Below, in pieces: positions 37,060 through 50,204 of a stretch of 64,000 bases of DNA; within the stretch, counting starts at the first letter, position 1; each line of letters opens with the position of its first letter. The DNA lies in NCBI GenBank assembly GCA_965645245.1, contig OZ287068.1, forward strand, positions 2,666,001-2,730,000, read 5' to 3'. The DNA is from Massalongia carnosa (Eukaryota). The position numbers and the translations under genes are program-made. The notes beneath the pieces are model-generated. The model saw only the letters and a program-made list of their open reading frames with translations. It was not told the origin of the DNA and did not search any database.

Positions 37060-38154
37060 GGGGGAGGGGTGTTCTCGGTTCTCCCTGACATTGCTTCGGA
37101 GAGGAAAAGGGAGGGTTGTAGTCGGAGCTCGAGGGATTAGGGACTCAACCCAGGGCTTTGAGAGAAGGCGGAAGGTGTTTGTAACGTTAAGAGTTGACTG
37201 AAAAAGCGGTTGGTGGGTAGATAATCGTAAGGCCAACAGGCCTGCTACTATTCAGGCAATTTTGTTTTTAATAGGGGTGGGTTGGGGGTGTTTTTTTCAA
37301 CCTTTTTTTTGGTCATATTGTTGAAACGGGTTTGTTCAGTGCCTCGTTCACTTTCCTCCTCTCATTCTGTCTCCAAATTCCAGTCTCCTAACACCTCTCT
37401 ACCTCCCCTACCCATATTCTGCACCCTATCAATTCCTCCCTACTCCTATTCCCATTCCTATGAAACTCCTTCCCAAGGAACTAGAACTCCCAAGCTAGAT
37501 ATTCCACGACACGGGAATATTTCCCGGGGGGGGGAAGAGAAGAGGGGGAGAAGGAAGGGAAAGGGGGGGAGATCTTCTTGGCAATACATGCGTGTTATGT
37601 AGATAGTTTTGTGGTGGTGGATGGAGAGGTAGCTGTGTGCTAGCTAGGGTTGAATAGACGGGAAGTGACTAGGTAGGTAACCAGGTAGATAATAGACAGG
37701 ATGATAGTTTATATATACCCTCCCTTCTTACTTCCTACCCACCTCTCTATCAATCTACCTACCTACTTGTCTAACCCCTCCCCCTCCCCCCCCCAACGAC
37801 GGGGCGTGTGCCAAGAACCAAAAACCAAACCAAACAAAAACACCTTTTCCGACAAAGTTCTCTTTCGCTTTGGTTGCTCAGACAGACAGACGGGAAAAGC
37901 ACAAGACAAGTTTTTCGTTCGCTCGCTCGCTCGACATGCAATGCATGCATGTAAGACAGATAGAGAGACAGGCAGGGAAAGCAGAACGACTCAAAGGGTT
38001 GCCTCCGCTGTGCCGAGACCCCCCAAAAAACAGAAATCAAAAGTTCGCTGCACTACATCACCCCTCCCATCACTACTTCGTCGCCTCCACTTAGCGAAAC
38101 ATCACAAAGACTCATAGCGACGAACCACCCCGTACCAAAACGCCTACGACCTCC

Positions 38155-40511
38155 TTAAAATCCTCTCTGCTCCTCGCCGCCCTCCTCCTCCCCAAACAAA
38201 TACTCCGCTTCCCGACAGTACCGCACCTCCCCTCTCCCAACCTCGCTTCCCCAGCATACCACCACGGCATCCACAACGCCCGTCAACACCCCGTCAATGG
38301 CGCCCAGAATCCCCCACCCGATCGCCGCGGCGATCAGCCCGACCACATACGCGTACAGACTGCCCCGAAGGCCTGGGGAGGTATGGTCGTTGTCAGCGTT
38401 GATGACGAGGAGGCGAGCCGTGTTGACCCAGGCGCCGAAACCCAGTGCTAGAGACGTGATGAAGCGGGTCGCCCGCAGGAGGAGAAGGGATAGGGTGTAA
38501 GGGAGGAGCGTGTTCATCGAGGAAGTCCGGGCGCGGAAGGGCGCGGAGCCGGGCGTGTTGGGGGAGAGGAAAGAAAGGCGGGTGAGGGCCTTTGAGGAAG
38601 CAGTAAGGGACTGTGAGTGGATGGCGCTGTAGGTGAGCGTGAGGGGGTTGGTGAGAGTGGCTAGTGGGGATGGAATGAGGGTGTATGTGCAGAGGCCGAC
38701 AAGGGCGATGACGCGGCGGGGAAGGATGAGGAAGGGAAGCCGGATGAGGAGGGCTAGTAGCGTGGATAGACAGATAGTGCCGAAAAGGGTGCTGGTGGAG
38801 TGGGTAAGGGCGGCGAGGATAACTTGTCTCGAAGTTGGTGCTGGGACGGCAAGACGGTGAAAGTACCATTGACTGACTGTTGCGGCGGTGGTGGCACGTT
38901 GAATGCCGGAGCCCACAGCCAAAGTCCAGAGGTAGACTAACACAAAGAAGATGCCCAGCCACCAGGTGCTGGCGTTGAGAACGAAGAAGTGCCTAGCATT
39001 GGAGAGATGCCCGCCAAGAAATACTCGGGTGAACATCACCATCCATATCCAACTCCAGGTAATCACACCTATGAGTGTAGCGAATCCGATAGCGAGTAAT
39101 CCTGGGTTCGCGGCGAGAATGCGACAAGAGAATTCGAGGATGCCAATGGCTTTGCCGAAAGAATAGCGACCTCGATATACTGTCCAGGTCCATAACAATG
39201 CGAGGACCCCAGGTATGACTGACATCCACCGCATTATCTTGTCTTGAATGCTTGCCCCGTGCCATTGTCCTCCGTAACTGGAGATGAACGGATAGAGAGA
39301 GAAGGAAAAGAGGATGATTGGGACGGCGACGAGAATTGCATAAACAAGAGGACGGACGTATGAACGTAGAACCGCAAGCCATAGCAAGGATACAATGACT
39401 GCCACCAGCGTATCGATGGCTAGTAAATGGTAGGAAGCTCGTAATGTGGTGTAAATGGTGTCGCCAAGAGGATGCTTGAATGACGGCGGCGAGGTGTGAA
39501 GGTAGACAAGGAAGAAGCTGGAAAATAGGGAGGCGAGAGAAATGAGGTAAAGAGAGCCCCAGAAAGCGTCATGACGTGGGGGTTCTTCCGCAGGGTATGA
39601 TGCTGTTGGAGGAGTCGAGGAAGCGTCCGATTCTGGAGGAGGCGGTCTTTCATACGCGGATTCAGCGCCTGTTTCTTGTGGTTGAAAAGGTGATGTCCGC
39701 TCAAACCGTGTTGTAGGGAGTTTCCGGAATTGCTGTATGGAAGGAGGATCATCATCAGGCGGTATCTCAATCGCCAAATCGTCCGGCGGCTCATCCCCGT
39801 CATGGCCATCTATACTGCTGTGCATTGCACTCTCCAACCCAACATCCACCATGTTACCTTTCCCATTGCTGCTGGCTTGGCTGTCAACCCTGGCCAAACG
39901 AACCGCATCACCTTCCTCCACTATCGCCACATTCTCTTTATTAGCTTTTGCCCTGGACTTTTCTCCTCTCCAAGAGCTCCTAATGCCTGCGCCCCTGGTG
40001 CGGCCTCGTCCATCTATGTTCCTTCCATCACTACTATCATCAAGTCCCGATCCTCTACTTCCATCATCTGCCTCGGAAGACTCGTCTAACCGGCTCCCAC
40101 CGAAATGCCGCCTTGACCGCTGCAGGGCATAAAAGTCCGCAACCTCCCTTTCGTGCTCCTCCTCGTCGTCTTCTTCTCTGAACTCATCCGTGGCGCTGTA
40201 AAAAAGTGGTGCGTTTGGTGCTTGAGATCGGGAAGCAAATGGAAACTGAGAGAGGTGGGATGCGCTGGGTTGGTAGGGATTTGACAAAACATGTCGTTGG
40301 AGATAGGATCTCGATGAAGGAAAGCGGAGGGACCCCTGATCCGGACGTCGTTGTCTCTCTAAAGGATTTCTTGTCGATTCCTCTGGCGGACGAAATCCAA
40401 TTCTGGATTGTGACTGCGCCAAAAATCTACTGGCGTCTACCGGATCTCGTTAGTCTATACACTGCACTCGACTATTATGACTATGATTGTACACTTACAC
40501 TCTGAAAACAT
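38155..40511 (-). CDS. Choline transporter-like (CTL/Pns1/SLC44) family membrane protein, with a short first exon
   Basis: Spliced start MFSE/YASRFLAQSQSR; LFYSATDEFREEDDEEEHEREVADFYALQRSRR; PPRHDAFW; many TM helices; RATTAATVSQWYF; FGTICLSTL; AVVVCWGSE. Confidence 0.88.
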
Positions 40512-41030
40512 GCCGCTCTGATGGTTGAGAAATCAATATGCACAGGCGCGATGTCCGAAATGTTAAGAATATAGATGCCCTAAACAGAGATGGGCCTCTC
40601 GTAGTTGAGCCCGTGATCGTATGTGATTAACAGGCAAATAGCTCATGCTGTCTTGTCATTCGGTCAGTGGTCGTAACCGAAAAGAAAGCAGTGAAGAGTT
40701 ATCACGAGTGTGAGAAGAATCGCGTGCTGCCTGGGCGTGACTAGGTAGCTTTGACTTGTAAATCCGCAGTCAGACATTGTATTTACTCGTATCGAGTCAT
40801 GCTTCTGTTCCTTGTCCCCCACTGCGGCAAGTTCGGCAAGTTCAGCCGTTATGAAAATTCATGCAATCATAAATGACCCTGATCACATCTCAATAACTAG
40901 AGTAGTGCATGCATAAGAATACTCATCCATGCTCGAATTGTTGGTCTTGACACACATAGCATGGCTATGCCTGTTTCTAATCCGTCACTTCCTTCTTCCT
41001 TGATACTCAAACTTCAGCTTCTTGTCTTCA

Positions 41031-41864
41031 ATGTCACAACCATGGGACTACATCGCAAAGCTATGCATCATCGGAGATAGTGGGTGTGGGAAATCTAGTG
41101 TAAGGTCCTTTCCAAATATCGCCTGTCTCCCGCTCATATCCTCTTTCCAGCTCACTATCCGCCTGTGTGAAGGCCGCTTCTCCAACCACCATGACGTGAC
41201 TATTGGTGTGGAATTTGGGTCTCGAATTGTTACCGTTGGCCCTCCAGGTTCTACCCCATCGTCGACATCTCCATCAAATTCCCCTTCCCCCTCACCTATT
41301 CAGAAGCGCATGAAACTGTCTCTCTGGGATACTGCTGGCCAGGAAACCTACAAATCCATTACAAGATCATACTTCCGGGGCGCTTCAGGGGCGCTCCTGG
41401 TTTATGACATCACTCGGCGCTCCACGTTTGAAAATGCTACCGCATGGTTGCACGACCTGCGGCAGATTGCAGAGGAGGGTATCGTCGTCATACTGGTAGG
41501 TAACAAGCGAGATCTAGCATCGGCGAGTACGGTCGGTGAAGACAAGGGTTTGGCCAAGCAGAATCAAAGGGCAGTCACGAAAGAGGAGGCAGAGGAGTGG
41601 TGTAGGAGCAACGGAGTAATCCACTATGTGGAAACTAGCGCCAAGAGTGGGGAAGGTGTGGAGCGGGCATTCCTGGACGTGGCCGAGAAGATTTATGAGA
41701 ATATAGAAAAGGGAAAGTATGACCTGAACGACCGACGAAGTGGCGTCAAAGGCCCCGGGCCGGGAGGTGGAGGTGGAGCGCGGAACGGAGGAACAGTGAG
41801 GCTAGGAATAAACGATGCTCTAGGCAAAGGAGGTAACAAAGGTTGGACGGGTGGATGCTGCTAA
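41031..41864 (+). CDS. Rab GTPase, Rab2/Rab4-like (intron 41100-41150)
   Basis: WDYIAKLCIIGDSGCGKSS; TIGVEFGSR; LWDTAGQE; ITRSYFRGASGALLVYDITRR; LVGNKRD; ETSAK; C-terminal GGCC prenylation motif. Confidence 0.92.
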   Translation: MSQPWDYIAKLCIIGDSGCGKSSVRSFPNIACLPLISSFQLTIRLCEGRFSNHHDVTIGVEFGSRIVTVGPPGSTPSSTSPSNSPSPSPIQKRMKLSLWDTAGQETYKSITRSYFRGASGALLVYDITRRSTFENATAWLHDLRQIAEEGIVVILVGNKRDLASASTVGEDKGLAKQNQRAVTKEEAEEWCRSNGVIHYVETSAKSGEGVERAFLDVAEKIYENIEKGKYDLNDRRSGVKGPGPGGGGGARNGGTVRLGINDALGKGGNKGWTGGCC

Positions 41865-43009
41865 TGCGTGGGTTATGGGATATAAGATACCAGCACAATC
41901 AGCAGCAACGGAGCCAGTAAAAGCAGGAATAATATATGATGCTGGGCAAGACGTCCAGAGGAAAGGTAATAGGTATGATATTTTTATTTATTATTTATTA
42001 ATTCATTAAGCGTATGCATCCTAAGGATATGACGTTGTGACTACTATTTATGTACATAAACAACAGTCAGGAAGTGGAAACCTAGCCCCCAGGTTAAAAC
42101 CACTCCCTTATTCCATATTGAACGCAACGAAATCGTTTTTCTACCACGCGGTGCATACACTCAGATCTTCAAGCGCTAGGAATCCTGTAGACTCGATGAA
42201 CTAGACAGTGTATCTCCACACGTTCGACGAACGTTCTCTCTCTTTAATCGTTTTGACTCAATGAAGGAAAGACTGGCCGTGATCGAGGGCAGATCGTGGT
42301 GTCGTATAAATGAAGGTGTGGAAGTGTGGCCATTCCGAATGAATGGGCTTTGTATGCCTTCGAAGTGGTGAATGATCAGTAGAGACGTTGATCATTCAAA
42401 CTGTCATCAAGGTGGGCTTCCGCGTTGGCGACGATCAGATATTGGCCATCTCCGAGGAGGTGTTGATAGCCTGCACCACGTAGAGGTTTCTGATCTAGCA
42501 GGCCAGGTATGATATTTGGTCTCCATCATAATTCATAAACTTCTGACAGACTGTATACAACAAGGTATTGATTGACATCATGGGAAAGGTTACCTACAAA
42601 TTTTAAATTGAATAAAGAATATTGAAGTTTGTAAAGTAGGGTTTCATTGATTTGAATCTATCATAACTCGGATTATCTTTTATCCGCTTCAATAAGAAGC
42701 AGCGCGTTGCAACATAACTACATGCAGGGAAGGATTTAGCTAGTGTACGTGCATCAAAGCCGCTTACGTAATGGATAAAGCCACGAGGCGTTCGAGGACA
42801 AGGCGTGCAGGGATCTTATTGTGATTAAACCACCGCGTCCAGCAATGGACGCCAACTCATTAGACAAATCTTTCCACCAGCCTTTGTTGTCCACTCCCAT
42901 ATGACGGTAGCTGCTCTTTCACAATGCTGTTGGCATTCTTACGTCAACCTCTATTTCCCAATAGCAAAGTAGCTCGACCGCAACATACCACTGTATACAA
43001 CTGCGCTCC

Positions 43010-46000
43010 ATGAATCGCCCCGAACATACCGAAGCAGCGCTCTTGGAGTGGGTACGTTTCTTAGTGTGAAGCTTTTGCAAAGATTTTTGCTAACTCACTG
43101 CCCACTAGATTAACAGTTTCCCACTTAAGAGGCCCGCAGAAACTCTGGGCACACTGAATGATGGCTTCCAAGTATGGGAGATACTTGGTATGTTCTTAGT
43201 CAGGGAAGAGCTCGGAAAATAGACAGGTATACTGATAGATTCTTTCTAGGCGACATCGACCCAGCATATTTTTCTGGTGACCTTCCCGAGGCTTCATATA
43301 ACACGGGGAATTGGGTGGAAAGATGGCAAAACAGTAGGTCCTTCCGGATAAGACTAGTAAAATACAACTGACTTTTAGCAGTAAGGCAGATTGCTAAAGT
43401 TTTACTTCCCTACCTTACCAATCAATGCGGATGTGCTCTCCCGAATGCTGGTCTCATGGCGGACCTTCAAGCGATTGCAATAGACCACCCAATAGCCGAA
43501 TCGATCAAGGCAGGTTACTGGACCGAAAAAAAATATGGCATTGGATCTCCCGCTGATAATACATTACAGTTTTTGAAACTGATTCTGCTGGTGGCGATCA
43601 GCTCTCCCAGAAAATACGTCTACATCGAGCGGATAACGAAGCTTAGCACGTCCACGCAAGTAGTTCTGAAGGAACTGATTGAAGAAGTACACGCGAAGGT
43701 AAAATCAAGACATGAATTGGCAGCTAACGTTCCTCAGATGGAAGTCAGCGGCCGACCACAGTCGGATGATGACGAACCAGTCCTCTCATCAACACCGTTG
43801 AGGGATACCGAATTGCTATTAGAAGAACGATTCGGAAAGATCATGGCGGAAAACGACGAACACGTACGAGAAAAGAAAGAATTACAAAAGGATCTTCGGG
43901 AACTTCACGAAAGAATGACCCGATTACAAGACAATAACGTATAGCGAGACCAGCCTGAATTAGATTTGTGCTGACTGTTTTTGTAGGACGCTCTCCAGGA
44001 AAGGTTGACTCGGGCAGAGGATCGGTTGCGTAAGGCCAACTCAACAGACTATGTGAGCAATGATGCATCTTTCAAGCAATTGCAGTCACATTTGTAAGTG
44101 AAATTCACCCGAATGTGCAATACCCTACTAATTTAGGTCACAGGCGTCAACAAGAAGACGTAATCGGGAATCAGGAAGTTAAAATTTCCGATTATGAAGG
44201 TCGTATGGCGGAAATGCAGAAGACGGTACGTTTGCTAACCATTCCATTCTAAAGGATTACGGCTGACTTCGATCAAGATTGATAAGCATGCGGCTTCAAG
44301 TGATAAAATCCAGAAACTCACCGACAAACTCGATGTGATGAAAGCGGAAAGAGATAGTCTCGCTAAGAAGGCCAATGTCGCAGAACGATACAAGCAAAAG
44401 CTTCAGGCAAGCCAAGATCTCGAAAAGAAGAACTCGGAACTTCAAGAAGAGCTCGGTGAAGTTCGAGAAGAGTTGAAGTCGGCGCAGTCAGCCAAACAAA
44501 CAGTCGCTGGACTTGAATTGGCCATTCACGAGTACAAACGAACTTTGCCGAAGATTGAACAAGACCGCCATGAACTTCAGATCGTCAAGCAACATTTAGA
44601 GTTTGACAACGCGACGCTTGCTGAAAGATGTGAAGCCGCCAACGAACGACACATTCGAGATAAGGAATTGATTGCAAGCCTTAACGACAAGCTGCGCAGT
44701 TTTCAATCAAGCCGAAGTTCGTCATCGCTCGAAGAAAGAGGACTGGGATCAGAACTTGCTGAACGCACGAACGAGGAGTCTTATTTGTAGGCCGTCATAC
44801 CATATATAACACGTTCGCTGACATCTTCTTAGGAAAGCCAAATTATCGGAACTAGAGGCCGAAAATCAACAGTTAAAGGCAGCAGGTAATGGTTCCAAGG
44901 TCCAAATGCTACAGCAGCTTCTACATGAAGCCAATGAACGACAAGAAGAGCTCAGTAAGAAGCATCTAGCAACGTACCGACGAATGCTCCATCTCGAGTC
45001 TTTAATTTCAACCCTACAGCAAGGGGGATCGATCGGCGAGTTTATGCCTTCCAACATCAACGGCGCGCATATCTCTCCCAGCGCCGAGAGCACAGGGGTA
45101 TTTATCAAGAAACGCGATCAACCCGCAAAGGAGCTTCAGATACGGGCAGAGCTCGAGGCAGAACTTATTGCTGGGAAAGATCAGCTTCAGAAATCTCAAC
45201 GCGAGCCTATGACTACTCAGGACACCTATGGGAACATGCCTGACGTGTGTTCTGACCATCTTGCGGCATCCAGCCCCAACGCCCAAAAGATCAAAGTACT
45301 CACCGATGACAGGAAGCGTCAATCCGCTACACTAACCGACCTCCAGAGCGAAAACAATCCGCTTCAGAAGCAATCCACGAATGTTCGATTCGACATCAAC
45401 CCTCAAGACAGTGCTCTTACAGCAGCGTTGGAAAGTCTAAAAATGACCCGGGCCTCTGGCGATACGACCAAAGACAGTGTCGATGCCCTGCAACAACGTG
45501 TTTCAGGCATGGCGAAGACGATCATGGATGGCCGTAAACGCCTAGCCAAATACGAAGAGGTACATAAATCTTTCGAATCTATCCATTCCCCTGAACCCGA
45601 TGTTCAAGCCCTTCTCATCTCCCCGCCAGAAAGCGCGACTATAAGCACTAGTCGCCGGAGTGCTAGGTTCAGTGACCGCTGCTGACTTTGATCTCCTAGC
45701 CGATTGATCAATCCAACGCCGCTGGCAGCGAAACCACCCAAGACAAGCTTCAACAAGAAACGCGAGTTGGGCATTGTGCCGTGGAAACGCCTCAGGATAA
45801 TATAGCAGGCAATACCAACGAGACTTCGATATCAAAAGTCAGTAACTTACACGTCTCTATCGCCGCTCGTGCATTTCATTCCGTCATTCTGCCCACTAAC
45901 CACCGTGCATTTCCCAAGATCGAAGCGCAACAGCGCCTCATTGAGAATCTGAAGCGGGAGAACCGACTCATGGCGACCGCATACCATGACCTAGCTTCCC

Positions 46001-46110
46001 GGCTGCAAATGAACAACGTGGTGCTGCAGCGACGAAGCGAAAACCCCCAAACTTGGATCAACCGGCAACGGAAACTCGTCGACCATCCGATGTTAGCTAT
46101 GGGAAGATGA
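43010..46110 (+). CDS. Hook-family dynein/early-endosome adaptor (HookA/Hok1-like), multi-exon
   Basis: N-terminal Hook/CH-like domain EAALLEW/INSFPL...LNDGFQVWEIL/GDIDPAYF; long coiled coil (AKKANVAERYKQKLQ); C-terminal LKRENRLMATAYHDLASRLQMNNVVLQRRSENPQTWINRQR. Confidence 0.85.
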
Positions 46111-46815
46111 TTCGCTGTGTTGTGTAACCAGAGGCGCCGACTCGACTCGGGGTATGGCATGATTATCGGGCGCTCATGGGTTGTCTATGCCTTAGAAGGT
46201 ATGGGTGGAGTTGTTTTTCTTGCATAGCCATCGGCGTTGGAGATTCGCCCTATACCCATAGCCTTGTCCTTAAAGTACCTATCAATCACACGCCGTGTAG
46301 ACTTCATTCATGAAGAGGAACCGTCACATTGAACGGTCTTTAAGTAACCTGTTGGGTGATCCCACCACCCGAATGCGCTCATCTGCAATACTTTCCCAGC
46401 CCTTCGATCCGATTCTGCTACAAGTCCGCCTCGCTTCCCTGCACTTGTTCGTTAGGTAAGTATGAGTAGACATCGGCAATCTAATCTTCTCCCTCCCCGA
46501 CTTCCAACCCATTATTCTTCTTTTCTCCCCCCCACACCTTGACTTTTCTCCCATTGCTCATCTATCCATCCATAATAACCCAAATTCCACAAACGAAAAC
46601 ACGAAACTGAAGTAACCTATATACGCGTATTTACATCATTTCCATTTTCCTTTGTCCTTTTCGCTTCAGGCAAAAGCCCGCCCTCCGCCTTACAGCTCGG
46701 CAAACCGCCTCCAGCCTCTGGGAACGTGAAAGGAAAGGAAAGAAAGCAGGCGAGGACGTAGACAGGGAAGGGAAGGAAAGGGAAGGGAAGGGAGGGGAAC
46801 GGAGAGGGAAGGGAA

Positions 46816-47440
46816 ATGTCGGCCGTGTATCCGCGGTATAAGTATTTGATTTCGAGGTAAGTTTGGCTGTTGTTGGTTAGTTGGTTGTTGGGTGATGTGG
46901 GTTTGTAGTTCTTGGGCTCTTTTCTTTTGTGAAGTTTTTTCTTCAGATGAGGGAGAGAGAGAATAGGAGGGAGGGACGGAGAAAGGGAAGAGTGTTTGGA
47001 AGTTCTCGATTCGATTTTTATCTCTTTTCTTTCTTCCCCCCTAGCCTTTTCTCGACCTCTCTATTCTGAATATTCCTCTTTCTTTCCTTCTTTCTCCGCT
47101 CATTGATTCATCATTTACACCTAATACCAAGGTCCTCTTTCAATCCTCCTCTCCCAACAACCCCCCCCCCCTCTCTTTCGTCTTTCCCCTCCCAAATCCA
47201 AGACTAATCCCCTAATAACCTAGAACCCTCGACCCCCTCTTCGCGCTCACGATCGGCTTCTCGGCCGCCGCCGTGCGTATCCGCAGAGAGGAACTGGAGC
47301 AGGGGCGGGACGGGAGCTGGCTTGCCTTGGAGCGGAAGGGGCGAGAGATGGTGGTGAGGAGGTTGGGCTTGCAGGAAGAGGGGGATGGGGTAGGAAAGGG
47401 GCGACAAAGAGGAGAAGGGAGGAGGACGGTAGATGAATGA
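46816..47440 (+). CDS. NCE101: Non-classical export protein Nce101-family small protein (85 aa; intron 46857-47223)
   Basis: Exon 1 MSAVYPRYKYLISR|gtaagt joined to ctaat...tag|TLDPLFALTIGFSAAAVRIRREE gives the YLISRTLDPLFA..IG..AA..RI.REE signature. It is absent from the ORF track. Confidence 0.85.
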
Positions 47441-48673
47441 ACGGAGAAAGGAAGAAAGAGCGAGCACATAACTCGACTCAACCCGGCTTTTTTTTTCCCC
47501 CAGCGAGCGAAACGGATACGAAGGCAGTGCAGAGGAAATTTATGGATCTCAGACGAGATAGCTGTTCTGTTTTGCGATACCCCTTTCTCTCTCTCTCTCT
47601 CTCTCCTCTACATACAAAATAAACAAACATAACTAGAGCCAATCAGCTAGACCGAGCCAAACCAACGGCTATATAAGAAATTTGAGGGTTGGGAGGCGGG
47701 TCTCCTTACGTTTTCTCCATTTCTGGGGATGGGAAAGAAAAAATCGGCTGTTTTTGTTTTACGTATAATCTATCTATTCTATCTATTCTAGCGATCGATC
47801 GATCAATGCTTTATCCAGGCGTGACTTGATGCTTTTCTAGGTTCTTCTTGTATAGCTGTTTGGTTTACCTAATCATATCTAGTGCAATTAAAGTAGGGAG
47901 TTGTTTATTATCTTTCGGTCTTTGGTTTTGTCTTGAGCGTGGGCTGGATTTTCCCTTGTGGGCATGGAGGAGGTTGTGTGTGTACGTATAAATGTAGGTA
48001 GTGCATGGATGGATGGATGGATGGATGGATGGAAATATACATGCAAGCATGACGCCTCATGTGTGTGAAACGTATATATATATACCCATTTACCTGCACG
48101 TGCGCTCACTCACTCGGGCATGACATGGGATGGGATGGGATGGGCGTTTGGGGGGAAGGGGGGTTCTTTTTTCTTCTTTTTCTCATGGTGTAGATTTTTT
48201 AAGAGGGAATTAGGGGAATGATAGAGTAGGTAGGGGAGGTTTAAAGAAGAAGGTAAGGGAAGACTGCGCGCTAGTGCGAGTAGGGGGTTTTAGATTGGAG
48301 CAGCTAGAACCCAGGTATCCATCTACCCATCGATTTTGCCCGAGGCGCAAGCACGGGTCCACACGCCCACGGTTCTCTCGAAGGCGGAGCTCGTGGATCT
48401 AGGGTAGCTGACTGCTCAGAAGGGATGGATGTAGAAGTCAGTTTCTCCCTTCCCCCCCGCCCCTTCTGTGATGTGCATTTCATTCACGTGCGCACCGCCA
48501 GCAAAGACAATGATAGTGAAGAGCCCTTCTATCGAAAAAAAAGGCAAACAACAATAATCAAACAAGCCCGGCCGGAACTACAATTTCCCTCCAAAACGCC
48601 CACATGTGGTCATGTCGCATCGAATCAGCTCGGTACATGAGGCGCTCCTCTGCAAGGGGTGCGCAATGGTCGA

Positions 48674-49270
<597 letters not shown>

Positions 49271-49835
49271 TTTCGAATCGATATACTTTTGTGGTTCTGA
49301 ACTGTGGGTTTGCGCTTTTGACAAAGCTGTTTAGGATGATAGATGATAGATGCCTTAATGTGGGGAGAAGAAGTGAGAAGGAAGAGAGAGACGTGGATTA
49401 GGCGGCTGGATGAGTAAGATGCTTTTAGCGCAGGTCGCTAGCGGTGAGTGAATCACGGGAACGTCGGAGAAAGGCCTATGAGAAGAATTTATAAGGCGTT
49501 GGTATCAGTATGATTGATCTTGAATTTGTAGAGAGTATGGGTGATTGGAGAGTCATAGATCGATGTGTCTTTCTTGGAGTCATTATCAGCTATCCCCGGT
49601 GACTCTTTAACTATTTTGATCATGTGTAAATTCATGTGACTGGTCCTGTACGGAGTGGTTCCTTCTTACAGAGTAGCGTTATCATTTGCAGCACCCTATT
49701 AGTAAGCAAATATATGAACCGTCAGATATTTACTGCTTAATAAGTCGATAAATTAATAGTAGTAAATCAATAACTGATTTAGCGGCGGATTTACTGAGAG
49801 TCGTAGTGGCTTTTTTCCTCTCCAAAAAAAATATT

Positions 49836-49973
49836 GGGTCACGCCTAGATTTGAACCAGGGTCCAAAATATCAAAATGGCACTTAAGGAATTGAAACCCC
49901 GAGCAGGTACGGCACATCTAATAATCGCCTCAGTATTAACAATTGATTTCATCACCACTAGACCACCTCATCC
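49836..49973 (-). tRNA. Degenerate tRNA-like sequence (pseudo-tRNA, possibly intron-containing); identity uncertain
   Basis: Minus strand: A-box TGGTCTAGTGG, T-arm CCTGG-TTCAAAT-CTAGG, 3' end CGTGACCC followed by ATATTTTTTTT (Pol III terminator). The acceptor stem pairs poorly and there is an insert of about 60 nt after a possible anticodon loop. Confidence 0.5.
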
Positions 49974-50204
49974 GTTTGTAAAAAAAAATTTTGTGATTAA
50001 TATTCTTGAATAAACTATTCTCGGAAATATGACTCGGTAAGTCTCGAGTAGCTCTCTATCTACTTCGCTCATACATACTCTCTCCACTTGCAACACAAGC
50101 CGTCCCTTGACGATATTCAAATCTGAATGCGGTTCCCGTGCATACTAACTATCTTTGTTATGCTGCGCTTTTCGACTCATATCATATTTCACTGAGTGGA
50201 TTCA

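Noticed and set aside
45036..45260. Additional introns in the Hook coiled-coil region
   Set aside because: The segments look intron-like, but I found no donor/acceptor pair that keeps the frame. The frame is open through the region, so it is left unresolved.
50127..50195. In-frame 22-codon uORF ending 9 nt before the HEM13 ATG
   Set aside because: It may lie upstream of the TSS; there is no conservation or transcript evidence available here.
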